Shown one piece after another: positions 1 to 9,134 of a DNA stretch of 64,000 bases. Positions within the stretch are counted from its first letter, which is position 1. Each line of letters opens with the position of its first letter. Origin of the DNA: an uncultured Candidatus Rokubacteria bacterium (lineage in GTDB: Bacteria; Methylomirabilota; Methylomirabilia; Rokubacteriales; DASRDR01); the NCBI GenBank assembly GCA_963812945.1, contig CAWEXD010000004.1:77178-141177 (forward strand). The letters run 5' to 3'. A program made the translations under genes and the position numbers. The notes beneath the pieces are model-generated. The model saw nothing but the letters and a program-made list of their open reading frames with translations, ran no database searches and was not told where the DNA came from.

Positions 1-1
1 C

Positions 2-1303
2 GACGGCTCGGTCCTGGTGGACGGGCACGACATCGTCCAGGTCGGCCCGGCTCGCGAGGTGCGCCCGCCCCGTCCCCCCGATCGCGTCATCGACGGCCGG
101 CGCCGCGTCGTGCTGCCGGGCTTCGTGGACACGCACGTCCACCTGTCGGAGCACCTGAACCGGGGCCTGCTCCTCGACGACATCCCCGTCGACCGCTACC
201 TCTCGGACTGGCTGATCCCGCTCTACTCCGTCATCACGCCGGAAGAGGAGCAGGTCTCTGCCCTTCTCGCCTGCGTCGAGATGATCCGCACCGGCACGAC
301 CACGTTCTGCGAGGCAGGCACGCTCTTCGACGTCGCGGCGGTGGCCGACGCGGTGGAGACGATCGGGATGCGGGCCGTCCTCGGGCGCTGGTCCTGGGAC
401 CTCGTCACGGGGCCGGGGCGGATGCGGCAGACGACGGCGGACGCGCTCCGGGAGAACGAGGCGATGCTGGGCGCGGTGCACGGTCGCGCCGGCGGGCGGA
501 TCCACGCCTGGCCGCTGCTCCTTGGCTTCGGCACGTGCTCGCCGGCGCTCACGCAGGGCGCCCACGCGCTGGCCGACCGGCACGGCGTCGGCTGGGGCAT
601 GATGCACTTCGCCTCGCATCCATCCCGCCGCACGTCCGACCGCGTGCCCCTGGCGGAGCTCGACGCGCTGGGCGTCCTGACCCCTCGGACAAAGCTCGCC
701 CACATGGTCTACGTCGACGAGCAGGACATCGCCCTCCTGGCGCGGCGCGGCGTCAAGGTCTCCCACTGCCCGACGGCGGGGCTCAAGCACACGAAGGGGC
801 TCAGCGCTCACGGGCGGTTCGTCGAGATGCTCGACGCCGGGGTGTGCGTCTCCCTCGGAGGCGACAGCGGCAACGGCTCGAACCACTTCGACATGCTGCG
901 CCTCATGTACCTCGCCGCCACGATCTACAAGGACGCGCGGCTCGACGTCGGCGTGATGCCCCCGGAGCGCGTCCTCGAGATGGCGACCCGGCTGGGGGCC
1001 GAGGCGCTCCTGCTCGACAGCGCCATCGGCTCGATCGAGCCCGGGAAGCGCGCCGACCTGGTCCTCCACGACCTCGACACCCCCGAGTGGCGACCGCTCC
1101 TCAACCCGGTCAACAACCTGGTCTACGCCGCGACGGGCGCCAGCGTCCGGACGGTCCTGATCGACGGCCGGGTCGTGCTCGACGAGGGGCGCCTGACCAC
1201 GCTCGACGAGCGCGCCCTCTTCGAGCGCGTGGAGGTCCTGGCCCGCCAGCAGATCGCGCGCGCGGGCCTCGCCATCGAGTCCAAGTGGCCCGTGGTCGGA
1301 TGA
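2..1303 (+). CDS. amidohydrolase-family metal-dependent hydrolase (chlorohydrolase/deaminase-like), 5' end outside window
   Basis: ORF 17..1303 stays open in frame to the window edge; N-terminal HxH metal motif (GFVDTHVHL) after a DG..DIV.VG lead-in typical of amidohydrolases; TGA at 1301-1303. Confidence 0.8.
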   Translation, partial: DGSVLVDGHDIVQVGPAREVRPPRPPDRVIDGRRRVVLPGFVDTHVHLSEHLNRGLLLDDIPVDRYLSDWLIPLYSVITPEEEQVSALLACVEMIRTGTTTFCEAGTLFDVAAVADAVETIGMRAVLGRWSWDLVTGPGRMRQTTADALRENEAMLGAVHGRAGGRIHAWPLLLGFGTCSPALTQGAHALADRHGVGWGMMHFASHPSRRTSDRVPLAELDALGVLTPRTKLAHMVYVDEQDIALLARRGVKVSHCPTAGLKHTKGLSAHGRFVEMLDAGVCVSLGGDSGNGSNHFDMLRLMYLAATIYKDARLDVGVMPPERVLEMATRLGAEALLLDSAIGSIEPGKRADLVLHDLDTPEWRPLLNPVNNLVYAATGASVRTVLIDGRVVLDEGRLTTLDERALFERVEVLARQQIARAGLAIESKWPVVG

Positions 1304-2466
1304 CGCCCGCGGCGCTGCCCCCGGATCACCCGGCGCCCGTGAACCCCCCGTCGCTCGAGCGCTGGTTCCAGCGCGTCTTCGGCGACAGCGACGGGACACA
1401 CTTCGGCTCGGGCTGGATGTCGGGCACCGCCAGCGTGTTCCTGGGCGGGCTGGCTCTCCTCGGCGTGGTGGCGTTCTGGTTCCCGGGCGCGTTCTCCTCG
1501 GCGGCGTTCCGGGCCCACTACCCGATACCGCTGCTGCGCGCGCTGCTCGAGGTCACGATCGGCCTCGCGTTCCTGCTCGGCGCCGTCTCGCTCGTCCTGC
1601 GCCGGCGCAAGGTCCTGGGGCTCGCCGGGATCGGCCTCGCCCTCGCCGCCACGCTGGCCGGCGGCGGCAGCGTGCCGATCGAGAGCCGGTTCGACCAGCA
1701 GATCACGCTCGGGCTCGACTGGTTCCTGCTGAACCTGCTCCTGCTCGCGCTGGTGTTCGTGCCGCTCGAGCGCGCCTTCGCGCGCCTGCCGCAGCAGACG
1801 ACCTTCCGGCTCGGCTGGACCACCGACGGCGCCCACTTCATGGTGAGCCACCTGGCGGTCCAGGCGCTCACCTTCATGACGCTGCTGCCGGCAACCGCGC
1901 TCGCGACCGTGTGGCAGCCCGAGGCGCTGCGGCGAGCGATCCAGGGACAGCCGCTCGCGCTGCAGGCGCTCGAGATCCTCGTGGTCGCCGACTTCACCCA
2001 GTACTGGGTGCACCGCGCCTTTCACGCGGTGCCCTGGCTCTGGCGCTTCCACGCGATCCACCACTCGAGCCGCGCCCTCGACTGGCTGGCGGGCTCGCGC
2101 CTGCACGTGCTCGACGTCGTCGTCACGCGCGGCCTAGTGATGGTGCCGGTGTTCCTGCTCGGCTTCGCGCAGCCCGCGCTCTACGCGTACCTCCTGTTCG
2201 TGTCGTTCCACGCAGTGTTCATCCATGCCAACGTCCGGTTCCGGCTCGGCTGGCTCGATCGCGTGATCGCCACGCCCCGAGCGCATCACTGGCACCATGC
2301 GGTCGCGCCGATCGACAAGAACTTCGCCGTGCACCTGCCGGTCCTCGACGCCGTGTTCGGCACGCTCCACCTGCCCGGCGACGAGTGGCCGGCCGCCTAC
2401 GGAATGGCGGGGCAGCCGGTCCCGGAGGGCTGGGGGGCACAGCTCGTACACCCGTTCCGCCGTTAG
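1300..2466 (+). CDS. fatty acid hydroxylase / sterol desaturase superfamily integral membrane protein
   Basis: ATG at 1300 overlaps upstream stop (ATGA); His boxes HRAFH, HAIHHSS, HHWHH; several hydrophobic segments; the annotated ORF start 535 is a spurious extension overlapping the amidohydrolase. Confidence 0.8.
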   Translation: MTPAALPPDHPAPVNPPSLERWFQRVFGDSDGTHFGSGWMSGTASVFLGGLALLGVVAFWFPGAFSSAAFRAHYPIPLLRALLEVTIGLAFLLGAVSLVLRRRKVLGLAGIGLALAATLAGGGSVPIESRFDQQITLGLDWFLLNLLLLALVFVPLERAFARLPQQTTFRLGWTTDGAHFMVSHLAVQALTFMTLLPATALATVWQPEALRRAIQGQPLALQALEILVVADFTQYWVHRAFHAVPWLWRFHAIHHSSRALDWLAGSRLHVLDVVVTRGLVMVPVFLLGFAQPALYAYLLFVSFHAVFIHANVRFRLGWLDRVIATPRAHHWHHAVAPIDKNFAVHLPVLDAVFGTLHLPGDEWPAAYGMAGQPVPEGWGAQLVHPFRR

Positions 2467-3540
2467 CAATCCGCGCCGCCGCCCGCGGCCCGGCGTCAGC
2501 CGGCGGAGCCCCCATTGCAGCTCCTTGCGGATGACGCGGCGGGCGATCGTGAAGGGCAGCTTCACGCCATAGACCTCTTGGACGATGCGGCACACCAGCC
2601 AGGGGATCCCCGTCACCCGGGCGACCCGCTCGATCCAGCGATACTCGGGCGTCGCCCCCATGACACGCACGGTGGGAACGACGCGCCCGAAGGTGACGAG
2701 GTCCGAAAAGGTGCTGGCGGTGGTCCCGACGAACGCGTCGGTCGCGCGCAGGAGGAGCAGGTCGACGAGGGCGTCCTGGATGGCTTCCGGCGTGCCCCGG
2801 TCCAGGCTGTGCGGCGTCGTGTGGACCAGCCGGTCTCCGTACCGGGCCCGGAAGATCTCGCGCACACCTTCACGACGCGTCGGTCTCCCCTCCGGCTCCG
2901 GCGCGCCGTCGTCGGAGCAGAGCAGGATGCCCGCCTCGGGCATCGTGGCCAGGAACCGGTCGACCGCGACGAGCATCGCCGCCGTGTTCCACGACCGGTC
3001 GGGACGAACCCGCACGAAGTCGCCGCGCCGCGCATGCACGCCGATCATGCGCGCTCGGAAGCGCCGCGCCCGGAACGCCGCCACCCGATCGGCGACGGCA
3101 GCGCACGGCTCGAGGTGCCCGAGCAGCTCCGCGCAGCGCACGGCCAGGGCGCGGTGCGCGGGGAAGCGGTCCGGGAAGGTGAGCCATTTCGCGCTCCAGC
3201 GCAGGAGGTGCCGCTCCGGGGCGACGAGGAGGTCCTCGGCCTCCCGGGCGGGGTGGTCCGGGTGGGCCGGCCGCGCCAGCTCGCGCGGGAGCTGGTCGAC
3301 GTCGATCACCGGCCAGTCGCCGGCGAACAGCTCGCGAAACGCCGCACCGCATGCCGGAGTCCGGGGCCAGATCAGCGTGAACGTTCGGCCCGAAGCCTCG
3401 GCCAGCGCCATGCCGGACAGGAGCACCCGCAGGCGATTGCTCAGACCGGCACGGGTGAACACGGTGAGCGTCCGGGGCCCGCTCGTGGTGCCCTGGGGTA
3501 ACCCCGGGGTCAGATCCTCGTCGTGACCCACGCCGCCCAC
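2134..3540 (-). CDS. fucosyltransferase-like glycosyltransferase (GT11/GT23/NodZ-like motif set)
   Basis: motif I GLSNRL, HxRRxD motif (IGVHARRGDF) and FVGTxxSTFS motif in order; GTG start chosen just upstream of the conserved region (ATG absent); first in-frame stop only at 2134, so the 3' end overlaps the desaturase gene. Confidence 0.55.
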   Translation of the reverse strand: MGGVGHDEDLTPGLPQGTTSGPRTLTVFTRAGLSNRLRVLLSGMALAEASGRTFTLIWPRTPACGAAFRELFAGDWPVIDVDQLPRELARPAHPDHPAREAEDLLVAPERHLLRWSAKWLTFPDRFPAHRALAVRCAELLGHLEPCAAVADRVAAFRARRFRARMIGVHARRGDFVRVRPDRSWNTAAMLVAVDRFLATMPEAGILLCSDDGAPEPEGRPTRREGVREIFRARYGDRLVHTTPHSLDRGTPEAIQDALVDLLLLRATDAFVGTTASTFSDLVTFGRVVPTVRVMGATPEYRWIERVARVTGIPWLVCRIVQEVYGVKLPFTIARRVIRKELQWGLRRLTPGRGRRRGLLTAERVYELCPPALRDRLPRHSVGGRPLVAGQVERAEHGVEDRQVHGEVLVDRRDRMVPVMRSGRGDHAIEPAEPEPDVGMDEHCVERHEQEVRVERGLREAEQEHRHHH

Positions 3541-3547
3541 GGTCTCG

Positions 3548-4570
3548 TCACTCGGCGCCGCCCGAGACCCCCTGGCCGGGGAGGCGCCCGAGAGTCGGGA
3601 CCGGGCGCCCCGCGGCATCGGCCAACGCGCCGGGCCGACGTTCCTGCCGGCCCAGCCGCCCGGAGCGCGCCCACGAGCGTAGGGCCCGGCCGGAACAGAC
3701 GGTGAGCACGAGCCAGGCGTTGAGCACGTGGAGCAGCCGCACCGTGACCATCGCCGGGAAGGGCAGGCGACCGGTCCAGTCCCGAGGGACCGGGCATCGC
3801 CACGACCTGAGCGGCTTGAACATGCACTCCCGGCGCGGAGCCACGCCGAGCTCGTGGAGAGACTGGTGACCAAGGGCGATCCTCAGGCTCTTCCGGTAGA
3901 CGGCGCCGAGCGTGGCCCGGGCCGCGTGGCTGACCAGGGCGTCGGGGGCATACGCGACGCGCTCGCCCGCCCTCCACAGCCTATGGCCGAACTCGCGGTC
4001 GCCGCCCGTGACGAGCTCGGCGCGGAAGGGCCCATGCCGCTCGATCAGGTGAGCGTAGACCATCATGTTCGCGGTCGCCGCATAGTGCCGATTGACGTAC
4101 GCCTGCTGGTTGAAGCGGATCGCGGAGTCCCAGTACTCGTAGACGTTCGGCCGGGCCCCTCGGTAGGTGACCACGATGCGGCCCCCCACGATGGCGGCTC
4201 CCTCGGCCCTGAGCGCGCGAACACCGCTCTCGAGCCAGGTCGGCGCGGGAACGCAGTCGGCATCGGTGAAGGCCAGGATCTCGCCACGGGCGACGCTCAG
4301 CCCGCGGTTCCGGGCGGCATACGAGGTCCGGATCCGGTCCTCCACCACCAGCAAGAGCCGAGACCCTGCGCGGGCGCGAAGGTCCTCGACCACGGCCCGG
4401 GTGCCATCCGTGGATCCGTTGTCCGCGACGATGATCTCGTAGCGGTCCGGCGGATACGTCTGGTCGAGGAGAGCCCCCAGGCACGCCCGGATCCCGGGCC
4501 GGTCGCGCAGGACCGGCACCACGACCGATACGAGCGGGTCGGAGCCCCCCCGGTCAGTCATCGTCTCCAT
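3548..4570 (-). CDS. family 2 glycosyltransferase
   Basis: ATG (METMTD) then VSVVVPVL.D, ADNGSTDGT and TDAD (DxD) GT2 motifs; stop 3548 lies 8 nt above the start of the next gene on the same strand. Confidence 0.8.
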   Translation of the reverse strand: METMTDRGGSDPLVSVVVPVLRDRPGIRACLGALLDQTYPPDRYEIIVADNGSTDGTRAVVEDLRARAGSRLLLVVEDRIRTSYAARNRGLSVARGEILAFTDADCVPAPTWLESGVRALRAEGAAIVGGRIVVTYRGARPNVYEYWDSAIRFNQQAYVNRHYAATANMMVYAHLIERHGPFRAELVTGGDREFGHRLWRAGERVAYAPDALVSHAARATLGAVYRKSLRIALGHQSLHELGVAPRRECMFKPLRSWRCPVPRDWTGRLPFPAMVTVRLLHVLNAWLVLTVCSGRALRSWARSGRLGRQERRPGALADAAGRPVPTLGRLPGQGVSGGAE

Positions 4571-4741
4571 GTGGCGGCCTCCGACCGCTGCGCGTGGCGC
4601 CGTCGCTTCACCGCCGAAGGGTCCCAACCCGGCGGACTCCCCGGCGCTGCTCCGCGATACCCTACCACGAGGCCGAGTCGATGCCGGAGAACTGCGATGC
4701 GATCCGCTCACGCCGAGCCGCGCGGGATCGACGGCGCCGTC

Positions 4742-5665
4742 TCAACCGTCCTCCCGGCGCGCCGCGAAGTACTGCCGCACGTAGGCGTGGAGGTCCGGCT
4801 TGTCCGAGCTCCATCGCCAGCAGCCGGCATCGTCGTGCGCGATGTCGTGCCCGGGATCGAATCGGAACGGGGCGAGACCGAGGTGACGGGGCCGGATGCC
4901 GCGATCCTCGAGCCGCCCGTGCCAAAGATGGAACACGTCCCCCTCCAGACAGCCGACTCGACCGGCAACCGCGCGGTGAAACCGGCTCGCCCACGGGCGG
5001 TAGCGCGCCTCCTGGGCCGGATTCATGGCGTGCGTGCCGATCACGGTCTCGGGGGTCCCGAACGCGGCGCAGGTCATGGCGGAATCGCCCCCTCCGACGA
5101 TGCAGGCATCGTAGAATCCGTGCCGCGCGAGCACCTCACGCCGGTAGGCCCACCCGAACCCGTTGACCGTTGTGCCCGGGCGCCGCTCGGAGGTGGTGCT
5201 GAGGACGGTCATGGGATCCGACCCGCGCACGACGGCGTTCGCGGACGCCTCCTGCGCGAAGATCACTGCGTCCCGGGGCGGGCGCTCGGGGGCCCACTCA
5301 CGACGGAGGTGGTGGAGGCGCGTGAACAGCTGGACGGCGGAGACGCGCTCCAGCAGTGCGGTCGCCGCGGCACCCCAGTCCTCGCGCTCGAAGATGACGT
5401 CGCAGTCCAGGCTGGCCACCACCGTGCACTCGTCGGGGAGCCGCCCGAGCGCGACGTTGAGGAGCCTCTCCTTCTGCCAGAGGACATCACGGCCTCGCAG
5501 GCGCACGAGGAGGTCCGCGTCGTCGTCGGCCAGCTCGAAGCGATCGCCGTAGCCGAGCTCCACGGCGAGCAGGGGAGCGGCGAGACGGCGCCGGAATTCC
5601 CGGAAGTTCTCGAGCCGGCGGCGGTACCCGATCGGATTGAAGTACGACGTGATCGCCCAGAGCAT
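4742..5665 (-). CDS. conserved GT-A-like protein of unknown specificity (putative glycosyltransferase)
   Basis: starts MLWAITSYFNP (same start as paralog 9131..10054); DCD (DxD-like) motif SLDCDVIF; always paired with the GT2 gene. Confidence 0.55.
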   Translation of the reverse strand: MLWAITSYFNPIGYRRRLENFREFRRRLAAPLLAVELGYGDRFELADDDADLLVRLRGRDVLWQKERLLNVALGRLPDECTVVASLDCDVIFEREDWGAAATALLERVSAVQLFTRLHHLRREWAPERPPRDAVIFAQEASANAVVRGSDPMTVLSTTSERRPGTTVNGFGWAYRREVLARHGFYDACIVGGGDSAMTCAAFGTPETVIGTHAMNPAQEARYRPWASRFHRAVAGRVGCLEGDVFHLWHGRLEDRGIRPRHLGLAPFRFDPGHDIAHDDAGCWRWSSDKPDLHAYVRQYFAARREDG

Positions 5666-5792
5666 GCGGGGCCAACGACGGCGCCGCGTGGGCAAGGGAA
5701 TCACCGGTCCCTGTCCGCCCCACTCATCGCGCCGCAGTCGCCCTGGCTCAGGGTCAGAGACACCTCCCGCGGCTCCTGGCCGCGCCGGCCGA

Positions 5793-5822
5793 AATCTACG
5801 CCGATCCTCGAATCGCCGTCAA
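5793..5822 (-). promoter_or_regulatory. sigma-70-like promoter TTGACG-N18-TAGATT upstream of GT-A/GT2 cassette 1
   Basis: -35/-10 hexamers and 18-nt spacing conserved with copy 2 while spacer sequence diverged; about 130 nt upstream of ATG 5665. Confidence 0.35.
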
Positions 5823-5972
5823 GCGGTGTGGCGCTGAGGAGCCGGCTGGTGGTGACGCGACACGGGCCGCGCCGGCAGGCCCGCAGTTTGGTGCGCCAGC
5901 GTCGGTCGTGCGAAAATCGACGCTCGCCAGCATGCTCGGGCCCATTGACGACAGCGCGGGAAGAAGGGGCGG

Positions 5973-6893
5973 ATGACGGCGGCGCCCGAGCCGGGCGCGG
6001 CCGCCGTGACGAGCGACCCCGAACGGCTCGGTCCCGACCTCGAGGCCCTCGTGGCCGCTTTGGATGCCCCCGTCCGGCGCATCGTGACGCTCACGAGGCT
6101 CCGGGCGCCGGGCGTGGAGCACGCATCGTTCCGGCTCGAGCTCCTGGACGGCCGCGTCCTCAAGGGCCGGCGCCTGCCGAGCGCGGAGCACGCGGCGCGG
6201 GTGGCGACCATCCTCGACGTCATGGACCGGCGGCACTTCCCGCCCGTGATCGCCCGTCTCGGCGAGGCCCTCCTGGAGGAGTGGCGCCCCGGGGAGCCGC
6301 TGGATCACGCGACCCTGGGCCCGGGGCCAATGCGCCAATGCGGGGGGATTCTCGGGGCCGTGCATGGCGCCGTGCCCCCGGCGGTCGAGGTCGATAAGCG
6401 GGCGCGCCCCGAAGCGCGGCTGGCCGCGGTGCGATGGCAGTCCCGCAAACTCGTCAGGGCCGGCGCGCTGTCGGCTGCCTCGCGGGATCACCTCGTCGCG
6501 CTCCTCAAGGCTCAGCTCCCCGCTGACCCGGCGATCGGGGTGATCCACCGCGATTTCTGCGCCGAGAATCTCGTGTGGGACGCATCGGGACAGCCCCATG
6601 TCGTCGACAACGAGACCATGCAGATCGGGGCGCTCGACTTCGACCTGGCCCGGACCTGGTACCGCTGGCCCATGACGGACACTCAGGCAACCGCGTTCCT
6701 CGACGGGTACTCGGCCCATCGCAGCCCGGAGAGCTTCCTGGCGAGCTTCGTCTTCTGGACCCTCGCCGTGCTCGTGGACGTGTCGCGCTATCACCTGCGC
6801 GTCGGCACGGATCGGGCGCAGGGCGCCGTCGATCTCCTGCAGGCGATCCTCGACGGCTCCCCGGCGGTCGGCCGGTGGTGCCCGGCCCGATGA
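5973..6893 (+). CDS. aminoglycoside phosphotransferase / choline-kinase-like (APH family) kinase
   Basis: catalytic loop IHRDFCAENLVWD and DFD motif; kinase-like fold phosphotransferase signature. Confidence 0.75.
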   Translation: MTAAPEPGAAAVTSDPERLGPDLEALVAALDAPVRRIVTLTRLRAPGVEHASFRLELLDGRVLKGRRLPSAEHAARVATILDVMDRRHFPPVIARLGEALLEEWRPGEPLDHATLGPGPMRQCGGILGAVHGAVPPAVEVDKRARPEARLAAVRWQSRKLVRAGALSAASRDHLVALLKAQLPADPAIGVIHRDFCAENLVWDASGQPHVVDNETMQIGALDFDLARTWYRWPMTDTQATAFLDGYSAHRSPESFLASFVFWTLAVLVDVSRYHLRVGTDRAQGAVDLLQAILDGSPAVGRWCPAR

Positions 6894-8083
6894 CCGAGCC
6901 GGGCTCGGTCGAGGACCGCCTGTCGGCTCATCGCCGTGGCCTCCGGTACGCTGACCTGGCCATCGGCGTGGCCTGCCCCGAGCCCTCGTACCTCGTCTGG
7001 CTCGAGGAGTTCCTGGCCCCGGCCTTCGAGCCCACGGCGGCCGAGGGGTGCGACCGCTGGGTGGTGCTGGACCTGGACGCGTCGCGCCATGCCGCGACCC
7101 TGGCCCGCGGCCCGAGCCCGGACGCGGTCCCGGTGCCGTGCTTCGTCCTCGACGGCGGCACCGTGTGCCATCCGGAGTGGAACGGTAGCGGCCCGGACGA
7201 GCGGATCCTGTTCGACGCGCACTATCAGGCCTTCTACTGCGTCGAGCGCCGGAGTGGGCACGTCCGGATCCTCGCGACGCCGCGGCCCAATCTCACCCGG
7301 ATCGCGCTCATGCGGGTCGTCCGGGAGCTGGCGATGGCCGCGTCTCTCGCGCGCGGCGGCCTGCTTCTTCACGGCGCCGCGTTCGCGATCGGCGGGCGCG
7401 GAGTCGTCCTCGCCGGACCGAGGCGCGCCGGAAAGTCGACCCTGCTCCTCCACGCGCTCCAGGCGGCGGGGGCCCTGTTCATCTCGAACGACCGGGTGCT
7501 GGCCCGCCAGGACCAAGGCCACGTGGTGCTGCGCGGCATGCCCACGATCGTCAACCTGCGGCCAGGCACGCTCGCCATGTTTCCCGCCGTGTCGTCCCGC
7601 ATCCGGGCGCGGGGCTATCACCCTGCCCGGACCCTGGCCCAAGCCTCTCGACCGGGCGCGCGGCCGCGAGTCCCCCGCCCGGACGGCGCCGTCACGCTAA
7701 CGCCGCTCCAGTTCTGCGAGGCGGCGCAGGTCGGAGCGCTTCCCCAGGCAGAGGCGTGGCGACTCGTCTTTCCGCGGGTGCGCGAGTCGGGGGTCGGGAT
7801 CGAGCTCGACCCGCTGGACCCCGGGACGGCGGCCCGGCGGCTCCGCGCGGCGCTGTTCGCCGCCGAGCGCCCCGGCCAGGTCGCCGAGGCCTTCGCGGGC
7901 CCGGACGGCGCGGCGGACGTCGGCGAGGCGGCCCTTCAGCGCCGCGTCCTCGACCTCGCGGCCCGGGTGCCGTGCTACGACGCCGCGCTCGGCGTCGAGG
8001 CGTACGGCGGGGCCGGAGCGGCCGACGAGTTCATCGCTCGGCTGGCCGGCCCGACACCGACCGTCGCGGGGCCCCGCTCTTAG
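6890..8083 (+). CDS. HprK C-terminal-domain-like P-loop kinase
   Basis: ATG at 6890 overlaps APH stop (ATGA); Walker A LAGPRRAGKSTLLL preceded by LLHGAAFA.GGRGV, as in the HPr kinase/phosphorylase C-domain. Confidence 0.65.
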   Translation: MTEPGSVEDRLSAHRRGLRYADLAIGVACPEPSYLVWLEEFLAPAFEPTAAEGCDRWVVLDLDASRHAATLARGPSPDAVPVPCFVLDGGTVCHPEWNGSGPDERILFDAHYQAFYCVERRSGHVRILATPRPNLTRIALMRVVRELAMAASLARGGLLLHGAAFAIGGRGVVLAGPRRAGKSTLLLHALQAAGALFISNDRVLARQDQGHVVLRGMPTIVNLRPGTLAMFPAVSSRIRARGYHPARTLAQASRPGARPRVPRPDGAVTLTPLQFCEAAQVGALPQAEAWRLVFPRVRESGVGIELDPLDPGTAARRLRAALFAAERPGQVAEAFAGPDGAADVGEAALQRRVLDLAARVPCYDAALGVEAYGGAGAADEFIARLAGPTPTVAGPRS

Positions 8084-9134
8084 CCTTCGGCCCGTCGACG
8101 GTCGTATGGCCCTCGGCGGCGCGCACCCTCGCGGCGGTGGCGGTTGACGTCGTCGCGTCCAGTCGACGGTCCTCCGAGATCAGCCGCCGGGGACGTTCCC
8201 AGGTCCCGAGACCCTGGACGAGGCAGATCATGAGCCGGAACCAGGCGTGGAGATGGTGAACCAGCCGAACCGCGACGCTGGTTGTCAGCGGCAGACGACC
8301 CGTCCAGTCCCGAGAAACCGGGCATCGCCACGACTTGATCAGCTTGAGCGCGCACTCCCCGGGCGGCACCACGCCGAGCCGGTGGAGAGGCCGCTGGCCG
8401 AGGGCCAGTCTGAGGCCCTTCCGGTAGACGGCCTCAAGCGTGGCCCGGGCGGGATGGGCGACGATCGCGTCGGGAGCATACGCGAGGCGCTCCCCAGCCT
8501 TCCACAGGCGGAATCCGAACTCACGGTCGCCACCGGAGACCAGCTCGGGCCGGAACGGTCCATGGCGCTCGATCACGCGGGCCTGGACGAACAGGTTCGC
8601 AGTCGCCGCGTAGTGGTGCCTCACGTACAACTCCTGGTTGAATCGCACCGCGGAGTCCCAGTACTCGTAGGCGTTCGGCCGGGGCCCCGCGAAGGTGACC
8701 ACGATCCGGCCCCCCACGCATGCGGCTCCTGAGGCCCGGAGCGCGCGGACACCCTGCTCGAGCCAGGTCGGAGCGGGAACGCAATCGGCATCGGTGAACG
8801 CCAGCACCTGGCCCCGGGCCACGCGAAGCCCGCGATTCCGGGCGGCATAGGAGGTCCGGACCTGGTCCTCCACCACCAGCGAGAGGCGGGCGCCCGCCCG
8901 GGCGCGAACGCGCTCGACGATGGCCCGGATGCCATCCGTGGACCCGTTGTCGGCGACGATGATCTCGTAGCGGTCCGGCGGATAGGTCTGCTGGAGTAGG
9001 GCCTCCAGGCACGTCCCGATCACGGGGCCGTCGTGCAGGACGGGCACCACGACCGACACGAACGGGTGCAAGGGACCCCGTTCCGGCAGGTGGGGGGCCG
9101 GCGGGGCCGCGCGGGATCCGTCCCCGGCGTTCAC
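8031..9134 (-). CDS. family 2 glycosyltransferase, paralog of 3548..4570 (about 80% aa identity in the GT2 domain)
   Basis: VSVVVPVLHD, ADNGSTDG, TDAD conserved; no ATG, GTG at 9134 overlaps the upstream stop (GTGA); start uncertain (TTG/GTG alternatives 9070-9134). Confidence 0.65.
   Translation of the reverse strand: MNAGDGSRAAPPAPHLPERGPLHPFVSVVVPVLHDGPVIGTCLEALLQQTYPPDRYEIIVADNGSTDGIRAIVERVRARAGARLSLVVEDQVRTSYAARNRGLRVARGQVLAFTDADCVPAPTWLEQGVRALRASGAACVGGRIVVTFAGPRPNAYEYWDSAVRFNQELYVRHHYAATANLFVQARVIERHGPFRPELVSGGDREFGFRLWKAGERLAYAPDAIVAHPARATLEAVYRKGLRLALGQRPLHRLGVVPPGECALKLIKSWRCPVSRDWTGRLPLTTSVAVRLVHHLHAWFRLMICLVQGLGTWERPRRLISEDRRLDATTSTATAARVRAAEGHTTVDGPKAKSGAPRRSVSGRPAER

Noticed and set aside
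535-1299. N-terminal 255 codons of ORF 535..2466
   Set aside because: They overlap the amidohydrolase in another frame and are RRR/GPR-rich. The real hydroxylase start is the ATG at 1300 overlapping the upstream stop.
3728-6397. 889-aa + strand ORF (and similar giants: 10075..11559 +, 43345..45102 -, 47565..51230 +, 54851..58063 -, 16582..18321 -, 31552..34629 +)
   Set aside because: Arg/Gly/Pro/Asp-rich low-complexity translations on the strand opposite to genes with clear protein motifs. This is a stop-codon-poor frame artefact of about 70% GC.
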